From: a virus
Lineage: Duplodnaviria > Heunggongvirae > Uroviricota > Caudoviricetes
Virus record (IMG/VR): IMGVR_UViG_2698536687_000005
Reading direction: 5' to 3' (one strand)
DNA: 35,705 bases
The position numbers and the translations under genes were made by a program. Positions 9,390 through 18,558 of the stretch are shown here, in pieces (position 1 is the first letter of the stretch; each line of letters starts with the position of its first letter). The notes under the pieces are model-generated. The model made no database searches. It saw nothing but the letters and a program-made list of their open reading frames with translations, and was not told the origin of the DNA.

Positions 9390-9412
9390 TGCTGAAGTAG
9401 CTTTAATTTTGA

Positions 9413-10219
9413 TTATTTAGAAAGGTACTTATCTCTAAGTTGATTCAGTCTGTCAGCATCGCGTTCTGAAAACTCGGCGTCACCATAGATCGATTTCCCA
9501 TCTGCGTCTTCAAGGCCAATGACTGTGACGGTAAATATAGCATCAGCCGGAACTTTAAGTTTTCCCCAATCAGAGTATCTATTAGGGGCTAATTTCCAGT
9601 TGGCTTTCTCACCTGGTTCCAGACCTCCAGAAATTTTATAGTTGAAGACGTCAGAGAACCAAGGGACGCTTCTTCCTGGGCTGGCAATAACTCCTTTGAA
9701 GAATACTCTGGCAACCGCTTTGTCTGTTCCGTTTTCAACGCTAATATCCAGAATTGGCTGATCATTGCCGTAATCCTCTTTCTGGAAATAAAAACGGGAA
9801 CGTTCGACCTTGAAGGCTTTCATTTTTTCCGCAGCCTGTGTTGCAGAGGTTTGTTTGGCTTCCAGTTCTTTTATTTCTTGCAGAGCCTGTTCTTTCTCTC
9901 TCTTCTCACGCTCAAGGCGAATAGTTTGTGCGTAATTTATAACCTCATCACCAGTTTTACCTTCCAACGCTGACTTAATTTTTGTTTCGTAGACGTCCCC
10001 AGAAGACGTTCCAGCCTGCATTAGCTCTCTCATGTTGATTTGGCTAAAGGCAACGACTTTAACTGCATCATCAAACTGAGCTTTTTTATCTGCAGGTAAG
10101 GACTCTCTTACTTTTTGAATGGACTCTTTCATCGACTGATCGCTTGATGCATCGATCTTCGGTTTGTCACAAGCAGTAAGCAGCAGAGCAAAAGCAATTA
10201 CGCCAGTTAATTTCTTCAT
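9413..10219 (-). CDS. Lipoprotein with central coiled-coil and C-terminal domain of unknown function (cargo)
   Basis: 268 aa from ATG at 10219 (track ORF extends to 10291); signal peptide 'MKKLTGVIAFALLLTAC' with lipobox; charged coiled-coil segment 'EREKREKEQALQEIKELEAKQ'. Confidence 0.65.
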   Translation of the reverse strand: MKKLTGVIAFALLLTACDKPKIDASSDQSMKESIQKVRESLPADKKAQFDDAVKVVAFSQINMRELMQAGTSSGDVYETKIKSALEGKTGDEVINYAQTIRLEREKREKEQALQEIKELEAKQTSATQAAEKMKAFKVERSRFYFQKEDYGNDQPILDISVENGTDKAVARVFFKGVIASPGRSVPWFSDVFNYKISGGLEPGEKANWKLAPNRYSDWGKLKVPADAIFTVTVIGLEDADGKSIYGDAEFSERDADRLNQLRDKYLSK

Positions 10220-10247
10220 ATCCCTATCCCAATCGTAAAAAAACAAG

Positions 10248-10268
10248 GCTAATCCTAACAGGATTAGC
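10248..10268. promoter_or_regulatory. Palindrome GCTAATCC-N5-GGATTAGC upstream of the 268-aa lipoprotein gene
   Basis: 8-bp perfect arms, 29-51 bp upstream of start codon at 10219; candidate operator. Confidence 0.4.
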
Positions 10269-10740
10269 GGGCATGACAAACTCATAGCCATATAGGTGTG
10301 CTGTATAAATTAGCGGGATGAGAAAGCCTGCACAGACCCTCATGTTGAAACTTGATTTTAGCTCAAAAGAGCTGACACTAAATAACTGCGCGGAATAATG
10401 CTCCACTTTCGGTTAGCCCTTGGCCCTTGCTGGGTAAGGCGTGGGGCCGTTTTCTTCGCCTGATCCTGCTGTATCTGGCCTACAGTATGTTGTCCTTACG
10501 CGACATGCCACATGTCAGTAAACGGCAGGTGTAGCAGTATTAGACGCAGCTATTTAGTGTGTATTAAGCTGGCTCATATTTATGACTGGTTTCAAGGTTT
10601 GACCGATTTCATGTCATGCATGTCTATGCTGCATGAGTTCGCATGATCGTTTGAGGATCGGTTTGGCTAAGACATGCCAGAACTGGCGGGCTTTTGCTCA
10701 TGTCATGCAGGTGCATGAAAACTACTACATAAAGCGGGCA

Positions 10741-10759
10741 GGCGTGGCGGGGATACGAG
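10741..10759. other. Candidate cos site (P2/186-type cohesive end)
   Basis: GGCGTGGCGGGGATACGAG; first 13 nt match the 186 cohesive-end sequence as recalled (GGCGTGGCGGGGAAAGCAT); lies between gene A side and Q as expected. Confidence 0.45.
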
Positions 10760-10869
10760 CGCGCGCTCATGGTTGAATTAATGAAATTATGGTGTTAAAT
10801 AGGCTAGCTTTTTAAGTCGTGAATATTCAATTTTTCAACTCATTTTTTTCATAGGGAGAAGTAATTGAC

Positions 10870-11568
10870 ATGGTTATGTTAGTGGATGACTGTCCACGAT
10901 GTGGATCACAAAAAATAGCGTTTGATGTTAATGGGCTGAATTGCACTAGGGTTTACAATGCATTGGGCGGGGGTAAAACATACGAGTACGAGGTCTATTG
11001 TGTTTGCCGAGAGTGTCATAAAACGACAATGTTTCTTTGCAGACCTTTAACGAAAAATAAAACTTTAGATGGCTATAATTGGGAAAGTGGAATATTCGGC
11101 TTAAAGGAAGTTGCAGAGGTTGTTAGGCCTATATCACCAGCAGACTTAGCAGTAGAGGAGCCACCAGAGTTCTTACCTGAGCATATCAATAGTGCATATG
11201 AGGAAGGGGCGAAATGTTTGGCTATAGGTTGTTATAATGCAGCAGCAACCATGTTTAGGCTTTGCCTTGATTATGCCACAAAAGGACTTCTTCCTGATGG
11301 GGAGCAAGGGCCTGCGCAAAAAATAAGGAGAAGCCTAGGGTTAAGAATGGAGTGGTTATTTGATAATCATCTACTGCCTGAAGCTTTAAGGGAACTAGCT
11401 GAATGCGTTAAAGATGACGGAAATGATGGAGCGCATGAAGGTATTTTGGATAAAGCTGCTGCTGAGGATCTTGAAGATTTTACCTATCTTTTTTTAGAAC
11501 GGCTTTACACTGAACCTCAACGCCTTATCGAAGCCAAGACAAGGCGTGAACAAAGAAGAAACAAATAA
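10870..11568 (+). CDS. Zn-ribbon + DUF4145 (HEPN-like) protein; candidate single-gene defence/Abi cargo
   Basis: 232 aa; N-terminal 'CPRCGS ... CVCRECH' four-Cys arrangement; C-terminal 'YEEGAKCLAIGCYNAAATMFRLCLDYATK ... NDGAHEG' resembling DUF4145; AT-rich promoter-like upstream region; GGGAGAAG RBS. Confidence 0.6.
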   Translation: MVMLVDDCPRCGSQKIAFDVNGLNCTRVYNALGGGKTYEYEVYCVCRECHKTTMFLCRPLTKNKTLDGYNWESGIFGLKEVAEVVRPISPADLAVEEPPEFLPEHINSAYEEGAKCLAIGCYNAAATMFRLCLDYATKGLLPDGEQGPAQKIRRSLGLRMEWLFDNHLLPEALRELAECVKDDGNDGAHEGILDKAAAEDLEDFTYLFLERLYTEPQRLIEAKTRREQRRNK

Positions 11569-11576
11569 GTTCGGAA

Positions 11577-12611
11577 TTATTCTTCTGAAAGAATATAGGG
11601 CGTAAATTTAATCACTTCTTCGCCCAGCCAGTCGTTCAGCTCTTGTAGCCTTTTTTGCAAGGGCGTTAATTCATTACGTACAAATACGCGACTGGCTTTC
11701 TCCACATCCCCAAACCCCCCGACATTATTAGGCATTATCCCCATCATTTGCGGCGGCACGCGGTGTGCAGCCATCATGTCGTCACGGCTCACGTTTTTGA
11801 TATTCAGAAACTCATCCTTCGCTGCGACTTCTGACAACGGGATAATCTGAAGCCCGTCCTTTTTGCCGTTAGGCGAGTACATAAACAGATTGCGGAAGTT
11901 GCCAGGGCCTTTGGCGCTTTTCATCGCGTTGCGGAGGTTGTTCACGTCCTCCTGGTTCTGCGCAGCGTCGGTCATGTACATGATGAAGCCAGCATGACTG
12001 CCGTTAATGTAATACTTTCGACGGAACAGCGTGGCAGACTCATTGAGCAGGGCGGACGGAATGGCAGAAAGATAGCCGGGCAGGCCGTAGATCTCCTGGT
12101 TAATGTCCGGTTCCATCAGATGAAAAATGCTGCCTTTCGTGAACTGATACGGCTGGGTTGTCATACCGAATTGCAGAAACCAGTAGGTATCCAGGTCTAA
12201 CCCGCGTCGGGTGTATTTTGCCAGAGCAGGCTCAAGGGCGATAACTTCACCGAAGCGGTTCGTGCGTTTCTCCAGGTAGGCGTTACCAAATACCAGATAG
12301 TCCTGCACAAAACGTGAAAAAGCCTGCTGGCTGAGCAGCGGGTGGGGGATGTAGGTACTGGTCAGAATGTTGCATTTCACCGCAATTGGTGAACTGTGAT
12401 GCACGGCGGCGCGGAAGGTGCGCGCCAGTCCGTCAAAGCTTACTGGCGGCTCATACCAGCGATCTGTCTGTACGCATTCCACATAGTCCAGTAGTTCGCG
12501 GCGGTCCAGAACAGGAACGGGATCACCGAAGCTGAATGCTTCGGCTGTAGTTTGACTTTTATGCTGGATCTGGTTCGTCGACGCAGCGCGGTTCTTCTTA
12601 CTCTTTCCCAT
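11577..12611 (-). CDS. Q: Portal protein (P2 gpQ)
   Basis: 344 aa from ATG at 12611 (track ORF begins one codon earlier at TTG); P2 Q-like size and position; start overlaps P stop. Confidence 0.88.
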   Translation of the reverse strand: MGKSKKNRAASTNQIQHKSQTTAEAFSFGDPVPVLDRRELLDYVECVQTDRWYEPPVSFDGLARTFRAAVHHSSPIAVKCNILTSTYIPHPLLSQQAFSRFVQDYLVFGNAYLEKRTNRFGEVIALEPALAKYTRRGLDLDTYWFLQFGMTTQPYQFTKGSIFHLMEPDINQEIYGLPGYLSAIPSALLNESATLFRRKYYINGSHAGFIMYMTDAAQNQEDVNNLRNAMKSAKGPGNFRNLFMYSPNGKKDGLQIIPLSEVAAKDEFLNIKNVSRDDMMAAHRVPPQMMGIMPNNVGGFGDVEKASRVFVRNELTPLQKRLQELNDWLGEEVIKFTPYILSEE

Positions 12612-14377
12612 CAAAAAATCTCCACAATATTACTGGTATTGGCGGACTCGCCCTGCAGTGGTTCGTTAAACAGTGCGTGCATTGTTGCCCAGGCCAGATC
12701 GGCGTGGCTGGCTTCTTCGCTGCGGCTGGCTTCATAGGTCGGGCGGTTGCCACTGGCGGTGGTTGCGCGACGGATTGCCATGAATGACTGCGCAATGTCG
12801 GTGTGCCCGGCGTCAAACTCCAGACGGCGGTGGCTGATAATGTCGTAGGCCTTGAGTACCAGGGCGTTTTTAACGTTGGGGTTGTAGACAAACTCCCGGA
12901 CGGCAGGAAAGAACGCTTTCACGTTCTCGTAAACCCCGTGACCAACGCCGGTTGAGTCGATACCGATATAAGTCACGTTGTACTGTTCGGTAAGTTTTTT
13001 GATGGCGTCAGCCTGGGCGCGGAAGTCCATCCCGCGCCACTGGTGACGCTCAAGAATGCGGAACTTACCACCCGGCACGGCTGGCGGTGCCACCACCACG
13101 CATCCAGCGCTGTCGCCGTTTTGCGTACCTTTTGCCGGGTCATAACCGATCCACACTTCGCGCCAGCCAAACGGGCGCAGCGCCAGTGCATGAAAGTCGG
13201 TCCAGACTTCCCAACTGTCCACCATGCACGCCTGCAGCTCGCTGAGCGGAAACACGGACGCGAGATCGTCCACAAACTCGCACATCAGCAGGTTCTGGTA
13301 TTCGTCTGGGCTGTACTCCATGCGTAGCTGGTCGAGGTCGAACAGGTTACAGCCGCCGCGCACCGCATCTTCCACGGTGACTATCTGGCGGTATTGCCCG
13401 TCTGCGCACAGCAGGCCGGGGGCCAGATTGCTGTGGGACAGGTCGATGTCCACCTTATCGGCTTTGTTGCGCCCACGGTTGAACAGCGCACCGGACCAGA
13501 ACGGATAAGCACTGTGTGTCAGACTGGATGGCGTGGAAAAATAGGTTTGTCGCCATTTTTTGTGAATAGCCATACCGGAAGCCACTTTGCGCAGCTCCTG
13601 GAATTTCGGTATCCAGAAATATTCATCCAGATACAGGTTGCCGTGGTAACTCTGGGCCGTGCGGGCATTGGTGCCGAGGAAGTAAAGCGTGGCCCCGTTA
13701 GGAAGCACCATCGGATCGCCTTTCAGCTCCACCTCCACTTCTTTGGCAAAGTCGATGATGTACTGTTTAAAGACGTGGGCCTGAGCCTTGCTGGCAGAAA
13801 GGAAAATCTGGTTACGCCCGGTCAGCAGGGCGTCAATCAGGGCTTCACGGGCAAAGTAAAAGGTCGCGCCGATCTGGCGTGACTTCAGCAGGTTGCGGAT
13901 GCGGTTGGTTTTTCCGGCTTCCCACCAGTGGCGCTGGTAGTTGAACATAGAGGAATGGAAGATTTCTTCCAGTTTCTCAATCTGTTCATCGGTGAAAACA
14001 TTCTTTTCCGGCTGACGACGTGGGCCTTTGTTGCGGTTGGCAACGTTAGGGTTTAAGTCGGCTTCGTTGCCGCCATTGTTAAACTTGCCGATCCGCGCGT
14101 GGCGCTCAGACTGGCGTGCCAGCAGGTCAATTTCTTTGAAATCTTTCCCTTCTTTGTGCTCCTTCATAATGAGCTGGCAGTAGCGTGCGGCGGTGGTGAG
14201 CTGCATCTGATCCAGCGGCCCATAGTCACCCCACTTGTCGCGTTTTTTCCAGCTGTGAACGGTTGCAACTTTCTCGCCCAGCATTTCAGCAATGCGGGCG
14301 ACGCGGTATCCCTGAAAGTACAGCAGCATGGCCTGCCGACGGGGATCGAGATCTGCGGGTGTCAGTGTGGTGTTCAT
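12611..14377 (-). CDS. P: Terminase large (ATPase) subunit (P2 gpP)
   Basis: 588 aa; P2 gpP size (about 590 aa) and position. Confidence 0.88.
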   Translation of the reverse strand: MNTTLTPADLDPRRQAMLLYFQGYRVARIAEMLGEKVATVHSWKKRDKWGDYGPLDQMQLTTAARYCQLIMKEHKEGKDFKEIDLLARQSERHARIGKFNNGGNEADLNPNVANRNKGPRRQPEKNVFTDEQIEKLEEIFHSSMFNYQRHWWEAGKTNRIRNLLKSRQIGATFYFAREALIDALLTGRNQIFLSASKAQAHVFKQYIIDFAKEVEVELKGDPMVLPNGATLYFLGTNARTAQSYHGNLYLDEYFWIPKFQELRKVASGMAIHKKWRQTYFSTPSSLTHSAYPFWSGALFNRGRNKADKVDIDLSHSNLAPGLLCADGQYRQIVTVEDAVRGGCNLFDLDQLRMEYSPDEYQNLLMCEFVDDLASVFPLSELQACMVDSWEVWTDFHALALRPFGWREVWIGYDPAKGTQNGDSAGCVVVAPPAVPGGKFRILERHQWRGMDFRAQADAIKKLTEQYNVTYIGIDSTGVGHGVYENVKAFFPAVREFVYNPNVKNALVLKAYDIISHRRLEFDAGHTDIAQSFMAIRRATTASGNRPTYEASRSEEASHADLAWATMHALFNEPLQGESANTSNIVEIF

Positions 14378-14423
14378 GGCACAAACCTACAGCCTTGAAT
14401 GAAGGCTTTCCCCGCCTGCGGTT

Positions 14424-14441
14424 TGTGTGGTTGTCGGTACA
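14424..14441. promoter_or_regulatory. Late-promoter activator dyad TGT-N12-ACA in the P/O divergent intergenic region
   Basis: TGTGTGGTTGTCGGTACA; centre about 55 bp upstream of expected rightward start before O (ATG 14520). Confidence 0.55.
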
Positions 14442-14519
14442 AATACCGCGCATTGTTTCACTGCCCCCATCACCGCAACCATAAGGCTCCAGTAAGTTTT
14501 TTCTAACGGAGCACGGCTC

Positions 14520-15353
14520 ATGACAGTGAAAGCAAAGCGTTTTCGCATCGGGGTGGAAGGTGCCACCACCGACGGACGCGAAATCCAGCGTGAATGGCTG
14601 GAACAGATGGCAGCCAGCTACAACCCGGCGGTGTATACCGCGCTGATTAACCTTGAGCACATCAAGTCTTATCTGCCGGACAGCACCTTTAACCGCTACG
14701 GCAAGGTGACTGCGCTGTTTGCTGAAGAAATCACGGAAGGTCCGCTGGCAGGCAAGATGGCGCTGTATGCCGACGTTGAGCCAACGGAGTCCCTGGTGGA
14801 ACTGGTGAAAAAAGGCCAGAAATTATTCACCTCTATGGAAGTCAGCCCGAAGTTTGCTGATACGGGCAAAGCCTACCTGGTCGGCCTGGCTGCCACTGAT
14901 GACCCTGCCAGTCTGGGCACTGAAATGCTGACATTCAGCGCCAGTGCAGCCCATAACCCGCTGGCAAACCGCAAGCAGAATCCCGCCAATCTTTTTACCG
15001 CTGCAGAGGAAACGGTGATCGAACTGGAAGAAATCCAGGATGACAAACCGTCCCTGTTTGCCCGTGTCACGGCGCTGTTCACCAAAAAAGAGCAGTCCGA
15101 TGACGCCCGGTTCTCTGATGTGCATAAGGCCGTGGAACTGGTCGCCACTGAGCAGCAGAACCTGAGTGCGCGCACCGAAAAATCCCTGTCTGAGCAGGAA
15201 GAACGCCTGTCTGAGCTGGAGACTGCCCTGCAGGCACAGCAGACCGCCTTTAACGAACTGGTGGACAAGCTGAGCCATGAAGACAGCCGCCAGGACTACC
15301 GCCAGCGTGCAACAGGCGGTAACGCCCCCGCTGACACTCTGACCAATTGCTGA
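14520..15353 (+). CDS. O: Capsid scaffolding protein (P2 gpO)
   Basis: 277 aa; position and size as P2 gpO; acidic/coiled-coil C-terminus. Confidence 0.85.
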   Translation: MTVKAKRFRIGVEGATTDGREIQREWLEQMAASYNPAVYTALINLEHIKSYLPDSTFNRYGKVTALFAEEITEGPLAGKMALYADVEPTESLVELVKKGQKLFTSMEVSPKFADTGKAYLVGLAATDDPASLGTEMLTFSASAAHNPLANRKQNPANLFTAAEETVIELEEIQDDKPSLFARVTALFTKKEQSDDARFSDVHKAVELVATEQQNLSARTEKSLSEQEERLSELETALQAQQTAFNELVDKLSHEDSRQDYRQRATGGNAPADTLTNC

Positions 15354-15369
15354 TGGAGCACAAAACCTG

Positions 15370-16428
15370 ATGAAGAAGAATACCCGCTTTGCTTTTAACG
15401 CTTACCTGCAGCAGCTGGCGCGTCTGAACGGTGTGGCAGTTGAAGAACTGTCCAGCAAGTTCACCGTGGAGCCGTCTGTACAGCAGACGCTGGAAGACCA
15501 GATCCAGCAGTCCGCCGCTTTCCTGACGCTGATTAACGTCACGCCAGTGACTGAGCAGTCCGGTCAGCCGCTGGGGCTGGGTGTTGGCAGCACCATTGCC
15601 GGAACCACTGACACCACCGCGAAAGAGCGTGAACCTGTCGATCCGACGCTGATGGTCGATGTGGAATATAAATGCGAGCAGACCAACTTTGACACGGTGC
15701 TGACCTACGCGAAGCTGGACCTGTGGGCGAAGTTTCAGGATTTCCAGGTGCGTATCCGTGACGCCATCGTGAAACGTCAGGCACTGGACCGCATCATGAT
15801 CGGCTTTAACGGCGTGAAGCGTGCGAAAACCTCCAACCGTAGTGAAAACCCGCTACTGCAGGATGTGAACAAAGGCTGGCTGCAGAAAATCCGTGAAGAT
15901 GCACCGGATCACGTCATGGGCAGCACCACCACGGGCGGTGAAACCACACCGGGTGCGGTGAAAGTCGGGAAAGGTGGCGAATATGCCAACCTGGACGCCG
16001 TGGTGATGGATGCCGTTAATGAGCTTATCGACGTGGTCTACCAGGACGATGACGATCTGGTGGTGATTTGCGGGCGTGAACTGCTGTCTGACAAGTATTT
16101 CCCGCTGGTCAACAAAGAGCAGGAAAACAGTGAAAAACTGGCTGCCGATATGATCATCAGTCAGAAACGCATGGGTGGCCTGCAGGCGGTGCGTGCGCCG
16201 TTCTTCCCGCCGAATGCGCTGCTGATCACCCGTCTGGATAACCTGTCCATCTACTGGCAGGAAGATACCCGCCGCCGTTCAGTTATCGACAACCCGAAAC
16301 GTGACCGGATTGAAAATTTTGAATCCGTTAACGAAGCCTATGTGGTTGAGGACTATCGCTGCGCTGCACTGGTGGAAAACATCCAGATTGGTGACTTCAG
16401 CGCCGCCGCAGCAGAAACCGGAGCGTAA
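15370..16428 (+). CDS. N: Major capsid protein (P2 gpN)
   Basis: 352 aa; position and size as P2 gpN. Confidence 0.88.
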   Translation: MKKNTRFAFNAYLQQLARLNGVAVEELSSKFTVEPSVQQTLEDQIQQSAAFLTLINVTPVTEQSGQPLGLGVGSTIAGTTDTTAKEREPVDPTLMVDVEYKCEQTNFDTVLTYAKLDLWAKFQDFQVRIRDAIVKRQALDRIMIGFNGVKRAKTSNRSENPLLQDVNKGWLQKIREDAPDHVMGSTTTGGETTPGAVKVGKGGEYANLDAVVMDAVNELIDVVYQDDDDLVVICGRELLSDKYFPLVNKEQENSEKLAADMIISQKRMGGLQAVRAPFFPPNALLITRLDNLSIYWQEDTRRRSVIDNPKRDRIENFESVNEAYVVEDYRCAALVENIQIGDFSAAAAETGA

Positions 16429-16431
16429 TTC

Positions 16432-17082
16432 ATGAGCCTGAGTCCCGCACGGCAGCATCGCCTGCGCGTTCAGGCTGAACAGGCCGCTCGCGAGGGTGGC
16501 AGTGTTCGCCACGCGTCGGGCTATGACCTGATGCTGCTGCAACTGGCGGAAGACCGTCGCCGTCTCAAGGGCGTTCAGTCCACGGTAAAAAAAGCGGAAA
16601 TCAAGGTGGAGCTGCTGCCGAAATATGCTGCCTGGGCGGAGGGCGTTCTGGCTGCCGGAGGCGCTCAACAGGATGACGTGCTGATGTACGTGATGCTGTG
16701 GCGCATTGATGCCGGAGATTATACCGGGGCGCTGGAGATCGGGCGTCATGCCCTGCGTCATGGCTGGGTGATGCCGCTGGGTAACCGCAACGTGCAGACC
16801 GTGCTGGCAGAGGAAATGGCAGACGCGGCGCAGAGCGCAATGCTTGCCGCCACCGGCTTTGATGCCGCTCTGTTGCTGCAGACGCTGGAGATGACAGACG
16901 GTCTGGATATGCCGGATCAGTCACGGGCGCGACTGCATAAAGCCATTGGTGCGGTCCTGAGCGAAAGCAACCCGGCCTCCGCCCTGAACCACCTTACCCA
17001 TGCGCTGCAACTCGATCCCCGCTGTGGCGTGAAAAAAGACAAACAGCAGCTGGAGCGCAGACTGCGCAATGACAGCCGCTGA
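16432..17082 (+). CDS. M: Terminase small/endonuclease subunit (P2 gpM)
   Basis: 216 aa; position after N as in P2. Confidence 0.8.
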   Translation: MSLSPARQHRLRVQAEQAAREGGSVRHASGYDLMLLQLAEDRRRLKGVQSTVKKAEIKVELLPKYAAWAEGVLAAGGAQQDDVLMYVMLWRIDAGDYTGALEIGRHALRHGWVMPLGNRNVQTVLAEEMADAAQSAMLAATGFDAALLLQTLEMTDGLDMPDQSRARLHKAIGAVLSESNPASALNHLTHALQLDPRCGVKKDKQQLERRLRNDSR

Positions 17083-17177
17083 CAGAACGTGCCCCCGCGC
17101 ACGGGCGGCACGGGGTGGCGAAAGGCACTGCCACATCAAAACCCCGTCCACCGCCCTCTATTTCAGGAGAAAGCAGC

Positions 17178-17642
17178 ATGAAGTTTGTTGCGCCAGAACA
17201 GGCACCGGAACAGGCGGAAATCATCAGAAATACGCCGTTCTGGCCTGATGTGGACCTGTCGGAGTTTCGCAGTGTGATGCGCACTGACGGCACGGTGACG
17301 CAGCCGCGTTTAAAGCAGGTTGCGCTGTCGGCAATTTCGGAGGTCAACGCAGAGCTGTATGAGTTTCGCAGACGCCAGCAGATGCTGGGGTATGTCTCGC
17401 TGGCAGAGGTTCCGGCGGAACAGCTGGACGGGAAAAGTGAGCGCATTCAGCACTATTTCAACGCGGTTTACTGCTGGGCACGCGCCATGCTCAACGAGCG
17501 TTATCAGGACTATGACGCCACGGCATCCGGTGTGAAGCGGGGCGAGGAACTGGCGGAAGCAAGCGGTGATTTGTGGCGTGACGCCCGCTGGGCCATCAGC
17601 CGGGTGCAGGATGCGCCGCACTGCACAGTGGAGCTTATCTGA
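17178..17642 (+). CDS. L: Head completion/stabilisation protein (P2 gpL)
   Basis: 154 aa from ATG at 17178 with AGGAGA RBS (track ORF begins at an upstream GTG). Confidence 0.8.
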   Translation: MKFVAPEQAPEQAEIIRNTPFWPDVDLSEFRSVMRTDGTVTQPRLKQVALSAISEVNAELYEFRRRQQMLGYVSLAEVPAEQLDGKSERIQHYFNAVYCWARAMLNERYQDYDATASGVKRGEELAEASGDLWRDARWAISRVQDAPHCTVELI

Positions 17643-17845
17643 TGAAAGTGCGTGCGTATCAGTATGACACGGTGGACGCGCTTTGCTGGCGTCATTACGG
17701 GCGCACGCAGGGTGTCACGGAGCAGGTACTGAAGGCAAATCCGGGGCTTGCCGAATACGGCCCCTTTTTACCTCACGGGCTGCAGGTGGAGCTGCCGGAC
17801 ATTCCGACCACCACCACCGTGCAGACCGTCCAGCTATGGGACTGA
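17642..17845 (+). CDS. X: Tail protein X (P2 gpX)
   Basis: 67 aa, same length and position as P2 gpX. Confidence 0.8.
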   Translation: MKVRAYQYDTVDALCWRHYGRTQGVTEQVLKANPGLAEYGPFLPHGLQVELPDIPTTTTVQTVQLWD

Positions 17846-17848
17846 ATT

Positions 17849-18064
17849 ATGACGCTTGAGCGAATCAGCGCCTTTATCACGTACTGCATCGCCGTTGTGC
17901 TGGCCTGGCTGGGCGATTTGTCCATCAAGGATGCCTCAACGCTGGGCGGCCTGATGATTGGTGTGCTGATGCTGGCTATCAACTGGTACTACAAACACAA
18001 AGCCTACCAGCTTCTGCGCGACGGGCAGATCTCGCGGGAGGACTATGAATCCATCAATCGTTAA
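17849..18064 (+). CDS. Holin
   Basis: 71 aa with two hydrophobic segments and charged C-terminus, directly upstream of endolysin. Confidence 0.65.
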   Translation: MTLERISAFITYCIAVVLAWLGDLSIKDASTLGGLMIGVLMLAINWYYKHKAYQLLRDGQISREDYESINR

Positions 18065-18557
18065 ACGCTGCCTTGTCGGGGCCGTGCTGGCTATTGCTGC
18101 CACGCTGCCGGGGTTTCAGCAGCTTCACACCTCCGTGGAGGGGCTGAAACTGATTGCCGATTACGAAGGCTGTCGTCTGCAGCCGTATCAGTGCAGCGCG
18201 GGCGTCTGGACCGACGGCATTGGTAACACGTCAGGCGTCATTCCCGGCAAAACCATTACGGAACGACAGGCAGCAGAAGGACTGATTTCCAACGTGCTGC
18301 GTGTGGAGCGGGCGCTGGAAAGGTGTGTGAAACAACAGCCGCCGCAGAAGGTATATGACACTGCGGTGTCGTTTGCCTTCAACGTGGGAACGGGCAATGC
18401 CTGCAGTTCCACGCTGGTGAAATTACTCAATCAGCGGCGCTGGGCGGATGCGTGCCGACAGTTGCCGCGCTGGGTTTATGTGAAAGGTGTGTTTAATCAG
18501 GGGCTGGATAACCGCCGTGCGCGGGAGATGGCCTGGTGTTTACAGGGAGCAAACTGA
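18045..18557 (+). CDS. K: Endolysin, T4-lysozyme-like (P2 gpK position)
   Basis: 170 aa; 'EGCRLQPYQCSAGVWTDGIGNT' resembles the T4 lysozyme catalytic E-D-T region. Confidence 0.82.
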   Translation: MNPSIVKRCLVGAVLAIAATLPGFQQLHTSVEGLKLIADYEGCRLQPYQCSAGVWTDGIGNTSGVIPGKTITERQAAEGLISNVLRVERALERCVKQQPPQKVYDTAVSFAFNVGTGNACSSTLVKLLNQRRWADACRQLPRWVYVKGVFNQGLDNRRAREMAWCLQGAN

Positions 18558-18558
18558 A

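Noticed and set aside
10466-10486. LexA-box-like CTGTATCTGGCCTACAG in the cargo intergenic region
   Set aside because: Spacer is 9 nt, not 8, so it does not fit the CTGT-N8-ACAG geometry.
8600-11570. Searched the A-to-Q hotspot for tin/old homologues, a retron (reverse transcriptase plus msr/msd) or a CRISPR array
   Set aside because: No ORF with reverse transcriptase motifs or Old-like ATPase/TOPRIM size, and no regularly spaced direct repeats; the locus instead holds the small ORF, two lipoproteins and the DUF4145 gene.
12611-14377. Large minus-strand ORF adjacent to cos considered as a possible transposase or other mobile-element enzyme
   Set aside because: Size, position next to portal gene Q and divergent arrangement with scaffold gene O fit the P2 large terminase subunit gpP.
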